From Wallemia ichthyophaga EXF-994 (lineage: Eukaryota; Fungi; Basidiomycota), in assembly GCF_000400465.1 (NCBI RefSeq), contig NW_008806275.1, forward strand, positions 177,443-209,442: a stretch of DNA of 32,000 nt, read 5' to 3'. The notes under the pieces were generated by a model that did not search any database, was not told where the DNA came from, and worked only from the letters and a program-made list of their open reading frames with translations. Positions 1-9,676 of the stretch are shown here, in pieces; within the stretch, counting starts at the first letter, position 1, and each line of letters begins with the position of its first letter. A program made the position numbers and the translations under genes.

Positions 1-277
1 AACGGTTTTAATTGAGTTGATGTACTAAATGTGAATCCACAATTTACTTAGTGGCAATCAACCTGTTCTGCCTCTACGCCGGATCAGGAAGGACGTCAGT
101 GTCGCACATGTCAAACATGTCCAACAGTGAATAGGTGCGTAGGTGGCCAGGTGGCAACTACTGTGCTTCTTGCCTCCAATCAATCTACGATAACAAATTA
201 TATTAAAAGCTCTATAATACAATTGCTTATTCACATTGCTCTAGATACACTGAAAAACTCGGGATTAGTTGGTAAGT

Positions 278-2119
278 CTAGACGTTGCTGTCACCTGTCT
301 TGTTTTCGTTCTCTGGGTTATCCTGATTGTGCAAGTCTTGGACATTTGCATTCTCACTTTGGTTTGCACTTGCATTCGCATTCGCATTGGAATCGTCATT
401 TGCACCTGCACCTACACTCGCACCCACACTCCCACCTGCACTCAAATCAGCATCCATATTCGCATTCTTCTCTTCCTGCTCCAGCCTAATGCGAAGGGTG
501 CTACCCCAGTGCGAATCGATGACTCCCTTGCCCATAAACTTGACAAGCTGGCCGAAAATGACTGGTCCTATGATAGTGTTCCACGCCACAGCCCAGATAC
601 CGATCAAGTAAGTCTCTGTATCCATGACTGTGATGGCATTCGGCGAGCTAGCATTCGCTTGGGATGTTGTCAGACTGACTTGCAAGATCAAGACTCCTAT
701 CTCGCCCCTCGCCAACATGGCGCTTCCAAGCAGCAGACCTGCTACCCAGCTATCTTTGTTGGGTTTGCCCAATCCCCATTTAGTCTTTCTCTTCTTGTTT
801 TCCTCGTCGCCCACAACGACTGTCTCTTTGGAGACACAGTCGCGTATAGGGATCCATATCCCGACGAGCAGCTTACCGATAAGCATGAACACACTGTACA
901 CCAAACCCTGCCAGAATCTCTTGGCGGTGAAGAGATCGAGGAATGGTATGCAGTAACCGATAGACGCGAAGAAAATAGATGCAAAGTACCGTTTGAGGAG
1001 TGGTTCGAATATCTCCTCGAAAATGTGTTTGTAGTTTAGGACATCATCGCGGTTAGATGGCCAGACTACGAGCGTCATACCGGCTAAGAAGGCACCGAGA
1101 AGCATAGTGGTGTCCGTCTTAGCAGTGGTTCGATGATCTCTTCAAAGAGGTGTTTATAGTTGAGGACATCATCGCGGTTGGATGGCCATACTGCCAGCGT
1201 CATTCCAGCAAGGAAAGCACCGAGAAGCATAGTGGTGTGTATGTAGTAGCTGATGGCTAAGTAAGCGGCTAGGACGAGGAAGCCGACAGTAACGCCACCT
1301 CTATATCCACCATAGTGGGTGAGGGGGCGCTCAATCCAGCGTCTGTATACCGGTCTAAATGCGTATACGACGATGGGAGATACTATGGATAACGCGACAG
1401 ATGCAACGATGGGCTTGCCAACGATCCAACCCAGCGTGCTGTTTGAGCCACTGCCGAGAGATTGGATGACAGTGAGGAGGACGAGAGCGATAACATCGTC
1501 GCTGGGCGCTTATTAGTTTAACAATGAGCATAAAGAATCAACCCACCTCAATGCTACAGCAGTTAGCAAGGTACCAACCCTTGTCGCTTGAACGTTGATA
1601 CCTTTCTTAGTCTGACTCTGCAAAACGAAGAAAGTGGTTCCAAGGGAAGTTGATGACAGGGCACAGCCCGCGGTAAAGGCATGGATTATAGGATATCCGA
1701 AGGCTTTCCAGAGGATGGCGAAGGAGAAGGCTATGGGGAGAAGGACACCCCAGAAAGCAGCGACGAAGGCGATAGGGATGGCTCTGTGTGGGGAGTAAGT
1801 GAATATACAAAAAGCAACTCGCTACATACCTCACGAATACTTGAGCATCAAAGTCCAAACCACCCGAGAGGACGATGAGAATAAGACCGAGGTAGCCCAC
1901 AGTCAGCCAAGTCTCTTCCCATGATTCTGGTAAAATACCCGCGAGAGGACCACCGAAAATAATGCCCACAGCGATCTCACCAAGCAGACCAGCCGACAAG
2001 ACTAAATCGGCGATAATACGCGCGAGTTGCAAGCAAAAGTAGAAACCAAGAAGAACCAACAGAGGACCTGTTTGGACCATTGTTGGTTCTTCATAAGTAG
2101 TTATCGAATTTGAAGCCAT
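278..2119 (-). CDS. CPA2-type Na+(K+)/H+ antiporter (multi-exon; contains a frame-breaking internal duplication at 989-1238)
   Basis: Exon 1 ORF MASNSITTYEEP...GEIAVGIIFGGP...GYLGLILIV. GT-AG intron about 1784-1829 leads to ...ALSSTSLGTTFFVL; a second short intron near 1510-1546 leads to DDVIALVLL. Then LLGAFLAGM, IFFASIGYCIP and AMLARGEIG, all typical Na+/H+ exchanger TM motifs. Asn/Ala/acidic low-complexity C-tail. Confidence 0.88.
989..1238 (-). repeat. Two tandem diverged 125-bp coding repeats (989-1113 and 1114-1238) inside the antiporter
   Basis: Manual alignment shows 20 differences in 125 nt and 4 conservative aa changes (A/V, L/I, I/F, R/K). Both copies encode TTMLLGAFLAGMTLxVWPSNRDDVLNYKHxFEEIxEPLLxR. 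Confidence 0.95.
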
Positions 2120-2287
2120 AACATGTAGCGTGTGTTTTCGTGTGCCGTCGTCAACGTTGAGGAGGTTGGCGTGGTTGTGTAATTAAATTCAAAAATCCAA
2201 GGCTTCCCGCGTTGGATTTGGATAATTTGTGATGGACGTTGAGAAGAAAAGAAGCTCGACGTAGCCACAACAGAAGACTTCTTGGCA

Positions 2288-2347
2288 GGGGAGACTGTCG
2301 GGGATTCTGTCGGTTAGACTGTCAGGGAGAATGTCAGGGAAAATGTT
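2288..2347. repeat. Degenerate 12-bp x5 tandem array in the antiporter upstream region
   Basis: ggggagactgtc / ggggattctgtc / ggttagactgtc / agggagaatgtc / agggaaaatgtt, with an exact 12-nt period. Confidence 0.85.
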
Positions 2348-3013
2348 TCTTGGTACATTCCGCGGAATTACTGTGTGGTGCAGGGTGGCGATGATTCTGT
2401 CACGCCTGTCACGTGGAGTGTGTTATCGCGTTATCCATTCTGATGCATTTGGATAATGCAACTCAGTAGCGAGCTAGCGAGGTGATTAATATACGTCAAT
2501 CTGTTGAATCACAATGGATGGCGCGGATGATTATAATTTAAAATTCATGTTATTATACATCGCTAGTAGCCAGTATATGCATCGCATTATTCGCTACATA
2601 CACTCATTTATCTGTGGCACTGAAAGCCTTTGAATTTTTGCAACGCTCAAGTAAATTACAGTAAGAAAAGCATTAGAAAGCAGGCAAAGACGTAAAATAT
2701 AATAAACATGTATAGAATAGCATTCAACGTAAGCTAGCGGTCGATTCAGATTCAATTGCCGTCCCATTGATTGTAACAAGGTGGTTGGCTGGCCGGACGA
2801 CTCAAGACATTTAAGCAGCGCAGATCCGTTAGGATGCACAGCTTATTCATAGTCACTGCCAAAAGGTATCATCATTATCGAGCTTAGTTGGAAGGATAGA
2901 GAAGAAGGAGGTTTTGTCAGGGCTTTTATCCCCTATTGTAACCCTAGCGTTGAAAATTCTACATAATTGAGAAATGAGAAATGCATAAAGTAATGTGCTC
3001 CTCCAATTAAACA

Positions 3014-3500
3014 TCAATAAGGCATGCATATATAGTAACCGTCTCGATAATCATTGGTGGATAGGACCTCACATCTATCATCACTAGCCGAATTAATATC
3101 CTCATCCTTGTAGAGAATATGGTATCTGCGGTATAATAGTTTGTGAAGTGGTTTTCACCGATCTTAATGTAAGGAGAGTTAAGATCATCTCTAGTAGGAA
3201 GACCACGTATTGGTTGCACTGGTTAAATCGACAAGCAGAATGTCCGAATGGTCTAAGTCGCACCATGTATCGTCTTAACAATGTATTAAGATTTCATCAT
3301 CGTCATCATCAGCACTGGTTAAATCATAACAGATTTGTTAAGTCTTTACTTGGTGAGTATTGCTTTGTTTCCAAGTGTTTAGATGTTGTTGCTCCATGTG
3401 TCTCTGTCATCGCTGTCGGATTTGATTTTAGGGGAAAGCACCGCTTAATAATTAATATCAGTAGCCGTGCATGCAACGAACAAGTAGAAACAAATCGAGA
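3014..3500 (-). pseudogene. Degenerate paralogue of the adjacent secreted protein (frameshifts, stops, insertion); 5' limit uncertain
   Basis: Correcting two 1-nt deletions gives NQCNQYVGLPTRDDLNSPYIKIGENHFTNYYTADTIFxYKDEDINSASDDRCEVLS...ICMPY*. This aligns with NQCFQYVGLPPRDDLDSTPDIKIGLDHCRNLGSSDISLFYKDEEISVSNDDRCEPLS...RCILEA of 3620-4060. Confidence 0.8.
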
Positions 3501-3619
3501 GTTAAGACGGATCAATTTGGTTATTATGCCCTAATGAAACTTAATCATGAATATATCCACATAATCATAATATGCATTTCAAAGAAAGTACAAAATAACA
3601 TCCAAAAGACCATCACCAA

Positions 3620-4060
3620 TCAAGCTTCCAGAATGCATCTAAATCCGCCCTCATCATCACCAGAGAGAGGCTCGCATCTGTCATCATTAGACACGCTAAT
3701 TTCCTCATCTTTATAGAAAAGAGAGATATCGGAGCTTCCGAGGTTTCGGCAGTGGTCTAAACCGATTTTGATATCAGGAGTGCTATCAAGGTCATCTCTA
3801 GGAGGAAGACCAACGTATTGGAAGCATTGGTTACCTCTAACTATGAATTGGTTTTTAGGGGTAAAGTTGTCGGGGTAATGTTGCGTGTTCAGGCTGGTGT
3901 AGATGCTGTTATTGTATCCTTGATAGCTGTCGGTGGTGAGTGCCTTTTTGATGAGCAGGGAAAACGAGTTTTGGGGAACATCTCCGTAGGAGTCTGACCA
4001 GGCGAGGGTAGTTGTGATAGTGAGTGCGAGAGTGGCGAGGTTTGTGAGTGAGAGATGCAT
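3620..4060 (-). CDS. Small secreted orphan protein (146 aa, 4 Cys)
   Basis: Intact ORF from ATG at 4060; signal peptide MHLSLTNLATLALTITTTLA-W; a conserved paralogue lies next door; no family recognised. Confidence 0.8.
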   Translation of the reverse strand: MHLSLTNLATLALTITTTLAWSDSYGDVPQNSFSLLIKKALTTDSYQGYNNSIYTSLNTQHYPDNFTPKNQFIVRGNQCFQYVGLPPRDDLDSTPDIKIGLDHCRNLGSSDISLFYKDEEISVSNDDRCEPLSGDDEGGFRCILEA

Positions 4061-4181
4061 AATGCGTGTGCAGGTTGAAGAAGAAAACATCAGTTAAATA
4101 AGTAATCGGGATCAATCAGTAGCTGTGCAAATGCACCCGAGACATTTCGTAAAGAGGTATATTATATATTCAAGGAACAAA

Positions 4182-4689
4182 TCAAATAAGTCTGCGATCA
4201 GTCATAACTCTAACAATACTACCAGTTCCTGCAACCTGAGTGAGCTTCTCATGCCAGCTGAGGAAGACGTTTCCAGAGGAGTCAGCGATGGGGAGAGACA
4301 TAGACTTGTAAATGTATTTCATGAGATTGTCATGGTGGTGCGGTTGCAAGTCCTTCAAGGCCCCCTCAATATCGTTAGTTCTGGTGGAAGAAAGGATCTG
4401 TATGATTGAGTTGGTGTTGATCGATTTCGCAGAGTTTTGAGTTGGACCGAAGGGAGGGGAATCTAAGAGAAGCGCTAAGGCTTGAGAGGTTTGATGGCTG
4501 AGTGGGGTGTTATGAGTGAATAGGTGACAAGTGCTCGACTTACCTGTTCAAGAGACTTGTAGAGTGCGATTGGAGGGAGTTGAAGTGAGCTGTGGTTTCT
4601 TCAGGATTCCTATCATCAACCTCGGCCAGGTCTTGGTCATTGTAAAATTCATTTTCAATTGCGTCAATATCGATGTTTCTGAAGTTCAT
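4182..4689 (-). CDS. ARC15: Arp2/3 complex subunit 5 (ARPC5/p16-Arc)
   Basis: MNFRNIDIDAIENEF..., intron 4498-4543, then ...DNLMKYIYKSM...NVFLSWHEKLTQVAGTGSIVRVMTDRRLI*, the ARPC5 C-terminal signature. Confidence 0.93.
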
Positions 4690-4702
4690 TTGGTGGTTGA
4701 GA

Positions 4703-5048
4703 ATGAAGAAGGTGGGTAAGTGAGGATAGGAAGGGCATAGCACTTATATAGGAGTAGAATACAATAGATATCGGTGTAAGGGATGGGAAGAGTACTTTGT
4801 ATTTGGAATTGGAGAGGAGTACAAGTGTGGCTCAATTGAAGGATATTCTAAAGAATGAGATGAATAAACAAGGCTCAATGGACATCTACAAGATAACAAA
4901 GGAGATGGATTCAAATGACTCGGTTGAATATGAAATGATGGATGGTAGAATGTCACTCAACACACTCAACAACCTGGAATACCTTGTAATTGGATGGGAT
5001 AATCAAGCACCTGCAATAAACCTCCCTATATTCCATCAAGAAGAATGA
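4703..5048 (+). CDS. Putative small ubiquitin-fold protein, Elongin-B-like (start exon uncertain)
   Basis: Open frame 4758-5048 reads NTIDIGVRDGKSTLYLELERSTSVAQLKDILKNEM..., resembling Elongin B IRRHKTTIF...STVFELKRI. ATG 4703 could join through a GTGGGT..TAG intron at 4712-4757. Confidence 0.45.
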
Positions 5049-5054
5049 ATTTAT

Positions 5055-5456
5055 TTACAAAACTTGTTCTGTCTGCCAAACTGAGTTTGTTTGGAATTCG
5101 GCAGGTGCAGTTGGATTTGACTGGGATTTCAACAGCATTAGCTTGTAAAAATGTTTAATACTCAACTCACACTCTGTCCTCTATTGCTCCCAGTCAACCT
5201 CTCGTCCCTCCTCATCATTACTTGTTCAAATTGGTCTAAATTGTAGCGTGTGGGCTGTGAAATGGGTGTTAGATGTATTTTATATCCGACGCACAACCCA
5301 CCTTCATGTCATTCCTTGCAAACTTGACGCTGTTCATTCCAACGCTTACAACGCCGAACATGACTGTGATTAGGCCTTGGGGAGTGTTTGAAATGACTTA
5401 TACTGTATAGCAACACACCTACCAACTGGAATCAACGCTTCGAATGGAACTGGCAT
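5055..5456 (-). CDS. NDUFA1: NADH:ubiquinone oxidoreductase subunit NDUFA1 (MWFE/NIMM), 4 exons, absent from ORF track
   Basis: Introns 5376-5422, 5255-5301 and 5121-5170 give MPVPFEALIPVGLITVMFGVVSVGMNSVKFARNDMKPTRYNLDQFEQVMMRRDERLTGSNRGQSSNPTAPAEFQTNSVWQTEQVL*. MPVPFEAL and RDxRLTG are fungal NDUFA1 hallmarks. Confidence 0.92.
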
Positions 5457-5519
5457 CGTCGCTGCGGCTCTGTGTTGATGGTGTATATCCAACCACAACC
5501 ACAACCACCAACACCTCGA

Positions 5520-6950
5520 ATGCCTTCTTCCAAGCCATTTATATTCAACTCCTACTCACAGCGTAAGATTGCCTTGAAGTTCTCCTACTCTGGCTGGTCT
5601 TATAACGGTTTGGCTGCACAGTCTGTACCCACTCCACTCCCGACCGTTGAGCAGACGCTCTGGGATGCTTTGAGCAAGGGCAGGCTCGTTGACGCGTCCA
5701 AATCATTCGACTCCGCTGGCTGGAGCAGGTGCGGCAGGACTGATAAAGGTGTCTCATCCGCAGGTCAAGTTGTTGCTTTATGGGTCAGATCAGCGTACAC
5801 CCCCTACAACGCTCCACACGCTCCACACGCCATTGAAGCTTTCAAGCAACCCACCGCCGCTCGCCCTCCTTCCCTATCCAAGGCACAGCACGCGTCGATC
5901 GACAGTGCAGACGAGTCTGAGCGGGACAGTGTCCGCGAGCGTGTCTACAAAGAAGCTCACGAGGCCCAGATATTCAAAGAATCGCAACCACAAACCCACG
6001 AGCTCAACTACATCCAAATCCTCAACTCTCTCCTTCCCCCCTCCATTCGTATCCTGGGGTGGGCACCCGTGCACCCCGCCTTCGACGCCCGCTTCGACTG
6101 TCTTCGCCGTCACTACAAGTACTACGTGGATCCCGCCGCGTCTCCTCAAGGACCCGGTTTGGATGTTGGGCGAATGAACACCGCCCTCCAGCGCCTCAAA
6201 GGCACGCATGATTTCCGCAACTTCTGCAAAGTAGATGCGAGCAAGCAGATCAACAACTTCCACCGCACGATCCACGATGCGTGGATAGAGCGCGAGGAGA
6301 ACCTCAAACTCCACTGCGTCAATCTTGTCGGATCTGCCTTTCTCTACCACCAAGTGAGGTGTATGATGGCGGTGTTGTTTTTGGTCGGTTGCGGCAAAGA
6401 GGAGGTGAGCGTGGTGGATGATTTGATGCGCGTGGAGCTTGACCCTGAACACCCCCACCTCCCCACCGTTATTGGGAAGCCTATCTACGACATGGCACAC
6501 GATCTCCCCCTCTGTCTATACGACTGTGTTTACGACGACAGCAAGGTGGTGTGGCGCTCGGCGCCTTGTGGGAGCGAGAGCGAGAGTTTGCACTCAGATC
6601 AAGCAGACGCCATACTTCACCGCACTCACATAGCCAAATCACTCACCGATCAACTCTTCGACCTCGAACTCAAGTCGGCTATGGTGCGCAACGCCCTCAA
6701 ACACTTACACCCCACTCTCACCACTCCCATTGGGGACCGAAGCAATGCTACCCCGCTCGGCGGTAACACTTTCGCCATGTCCAAGGCTTCCCGCCCACTC
6801 CTTGAAAGAGAGAGGGGAAATACACCCGATGAAATAAACAGACGCTGGAGAGACAGCGAGAAGGGCAAGCGTAGACAGGGCAAGAAAGGCGGTGAACGTG
6901 TCGATGGCCATGTGACTGATAAGATGGATATCAGCGACGCAGATGAGTAA
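5520..6950 (+). CDS. PUS3: tRNA pseudouridine(38/39) synthase, TruA family
   Basis: RKIALKFSYSGWSYNGLAAQ, catalytic SRCGRTDKGVS, ARFDCLRRHYKY, GTHDFRNFCK, AFLYHQVRCMM. Confidence 0.93.
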   Translation: MPSSKPFIFNSYSQRKIALKFSYSGWSYNGLAAQSVPTPLPTVEQTLWDALSKGRLVDASKSFDSAGWSRCGRTDKGVSSAGQVVALWVRSAYTPYNAPHAPHAIEAFKQPTAARPPSLSKAQHASIDSADESERDSVRERVYKEAHEAQIFKESQPQTHELNYIQILNSLLPPSIRILGWAPVHPAFDARFDCLRRHYKYYVDPAASPQGPGLDVGRMNTALQRLKGTHDFRNFCKVDASKQINNFHRTIHDAWIEREENLKLHCVNLVGSAFLYHQVRCMMAVLFLVGCGKEEVSVVDDLMRVELDPEHPHLPTVIGKPIYDMAHDLPLCLYDCVYDDSKVVWRSAPCGSESESLHSDQADAILHRTHIAKSLTDQLFDLELKSAMVRNALKHLHPTLTTPIGDRSNATPLGGNTFAMSKASRPLLERERGNTPDEINRRWRDSEKGKRRQGKKGGERVDGHVTDKMDISDADE

Positions 6951-6976
6951 ATGAATGCATTAATAGATTGTATTGT

Positions 6977-7042
6977 TTATAGATTGTTTTTAGATTTCTT
7001 ATAGACTGCTTAAAGACTGCTTATAGACTGCTTAAAGACTAC
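6977..7042. repeat. 11-bp x6 minisatellite between convergent 3' ends
   Basis: ttatagattgt/ttttagatttc/ttatagactgc/ttaaagactgc/ttatagactgc/ttaaagactac. Confidence 0.9.
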
Positions 7043-7052
7043 CTCTTACACC

Positions 7053-8289
7053 CTACACACGCCCACAATACTGATCCATCCACGCAATAGCATCGTTAAC
7101 CACCTCTCTGCTCAGAGGGGTGGGTCTATCAGCCAGCATGACGTGATTGACATCATGCATAATTCTGAGAGACTTATCACCGCGAGTGTTATCCGCCCGT
7201 GCAACAAATTGTCTGCTAGCGTCGCACAAGGTGACACGATCCGCATCACCGTGGCAGATGCGCAGTGGTGTATTCAGCTTGGATACGTCCCTATTGATGC
7301 TCTCGACGCCACTCAGTAGTGCCAGTCCCGTACCGATACGCAGCGCTCCCTGGTAGACACGTATATCCGACAGCGTCTCCGCTATTACGCGCGCATCCTC
7401 CGTCTTCAATGAGCCGTCTGAACGAATCAGCGGGACGTGGCCAATAAGTGATGCGAGCATGCGCGCTACCGTCTCCACCACCCACGGTGGACGCGTCTCG
7501 GGCGATATGCCAAGCATCGGCGACAGCGCGTAGACGCCAGCCAAATGCGGTCGCTGGGGGGTCAAAAGTGAGTGTGAGTGTGAGTGCGAGTCACTTTCGC
7601 TTTTTCCCCCCTTCTGCGCCGGTGGGTACTGCAAAGCGTAATTGATAGCGAGAAAGCCTATACGGTATGACGTCAGAAATACGATGGCGCGCACACACGC
7701 CACACTCACCACCAAGAGAATGGCCCATCAGAAAGAGTTGCTTATTGGGAGGATAGATGTCCTCTACGACCGACGCTAGTGCGCGCGTGAGGATATTGCA
7801 CGACGGCACAAAGACATGCAGACCGGACGACCTCCCATGGCCTGGCAAATCAAGCGCCACAACGCGATAACCGCGCCGCACGAACTCCGCCGCATTCGCC
7901 ACCCACTTCCCCCCGTAATCCCCGTAGCCGTGGACGAGCAGCAGGTCAGCGTCGACGTCACCCGGCGCGCGGCGGGCTTTCTCGAACGTCTGGAATGTCA
8001 CCCAGCTGTCTTGATGTGAGAGGCGCGCTTCGTCGAGCTCACCCTGCGTAAGCGCTATCTCATGCGATCGTCCAAGCGCCTCGCCCATACGAGTCGTGTA
8101 GAGGCGGCGGCGAGTTGTCTTTATGTCGCTGTAGTGCGCCTGGTGCGATAGCTCGTATGTGTGGCTCGGAGGGAGTAGGTAACGCCCGTATGTTGGATCC
8201 AGCGGTCGAAATAGCCCCAGTCTCTCCAGTGGTGGCGCTAGAATCTCCCGTAGTGCTCGCAGGTATTGTAAATTCGGTGTCGGTCGCAT
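7053..8289 (-). CDS. Alpha/beta hydrolase, monoacylglycerol lipase/lysophospholipase-like (start uncertain)
   Basis: LLVHGYGDYG, DLPGHGRSSG, nucleophile GHSLGG spanning intron 7658-7709, ICHGDADRVT (Asp), VNHVML (His). Confidence 0.88.
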
Positions 8290-8502
8290 ACTCCACTCTG
8301 TTCGCCCACTTTGGCCAGTTTGCCCAAGGGAGAAGACGAGCAGAAGACAGAAAGCGGAAAGAAGAGCGTGGAGTTACAGTCATCCATTGTACAGCTCACC
8401 CAATTCATAGATTACCTCAACATTCTAATTAAAGTTGACGTGCATTCAATCGGTACCAATTCAATCGTCGACCGTCTTCTCGCTTCACCAGCACCATACG
8501 TC

Positions 8503-9589
8503 ATGACGAAATCGTGAGCAGACACACAGCCAGAGGGCCACACAGCCACACTCACACTCAATTTCACTCTCACACCCACTGCAGCTGGGTGACAGTAGTA
8601 ACGACGGCGAGCTATGTGAGTGCACCACCACGCCACCACGCCACCACGCCCCCTCACCTCACACACACCAGGCCATCGGCGCCAAAGTCCTCTCAGCGAG
8701 TCTGTCGCACTGCAAATCGCAATATCCTCTCCTCGTGCTCGCAACCGAAGCGCTCCCGGCCGACGCGCGTACGCAGCTGCTCGAATTCGGTCTAGAGGTG
8801 CGCACAGTCGAGCCACTCCTCCTCGACAGCGTGGCTGCAGGTGCAAATCGCGCTGCTTTTGCGGAGGCGGGCAACAAATTACGCGCATTCGCACTCACCG
8901 AGTTTGAGACATTGGGGCTGCTGGATGCGGACACGCTCGTGACGCAGAATATAGACCATTTACTGGCGCATGATACACACGGTGGCGTTGGTGTGGATGT
9001 GGATCAACTCGCAATCGCTTTCGCTTGCACTTGCAATAACCGCCGTAAACCATTCTATCCGCGTGAGTGGACGGTGGAGAATTGCGGTCATACACGGTTC
9101 TCGCAGACAGACACATACTCACATACACCCCCTTTCACTCACCTCTCCCGCCTCACTGCCACAAATGATGTCGCTCTCAACTCGGGCGTCATGGTCTTCC
9201 GGCCGAGTGACAAGGTGTGTGGGGATATCGAGCAGTTCGTGCGCACAAACAGGGAAACTGTGCAGAGCTACGTGTTTCCCGATCAGCAGATCCTGCAGGA
9301 TGTCTTCCAAGACAGAGTGCGTATCTTGCCGTGGTTCTACAACGCTCTCAAGGTGCTCAGAGTATGCCACAAGCCGCTGTGGGATAATGGCGCATCTAAC
9401 ACACGCGTGAACGTCGTCCATTACATTCACGAAAAACCTTGGAGTAGGCGGTGCGAATCGATAGCCTTTCCAAACAACCTCCCCGCTTGGGATGCAGATG
9501 CCGAGTTCCAAGTGGACCCCTCACACGCGTGGTGGTGGTGGGCTCATGATAACCTCCTCAGTCGCGAACATCAGTGGGTGGGTGAGTGA
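8503..9589 (+). CDS. Glycosyltransferase family 8 (glycogenin/galactinol-synthase-like)
   Basis: Introns 8514-8584 and 8616-8671 give MTKSWVTVVTTASYAIGAKVL...YPLLVL. Motifs KLRAFAL, DxD (LLDADTL), LNSGVMVFRPS, FPDQQIL, YNALK, VHYIHEKPW. Confidence 0.9.
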
Positions 9590-9676
9590 GTTGTATACAA
9601 GTAATAGATTTGAATGGATTGATATGAAAGGCTGATTAAGTAGAATATATTACATTTTACCCGATTCTCTTTATTT

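Noticed and set aside
127-489. His-rich 120-aa ORF
   Set aside because: The His repeats are the antisense reading of the antiporter's low-complexity Asn/Ala/Gly tail.
269-1039. 256-aa plus-strand ORF
   Set aside because: Antisense shadow of the antiporter CDS with no recognisable motifs.
2594-2986. Possible third relic of the secreted-protein family (MHFSFLN..., GDKSPDKTSFFSIL...)
   Set aside because: Only faint resemblance to the paralogue's N-terminus, needs frameshifts and lacks the conserved core motifs; cannot be supported without an alignment statistic.
6977-7042. CRISPR-like or telomeric reading of the short repeat arrays
   Set aside because: Units are 11-12 bp and directly adjacent with no spacers; the context is eukaryotic and internal.
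8060-8383. 107-aa same-strand ORF overlapping the hydrolase 5' end with a presequence-like start
   Set aside because: I found no phase-compatible GT-AG intron linking it to the hydrolase frame; probably an alternative-frame artefact of GC-rich DNA.
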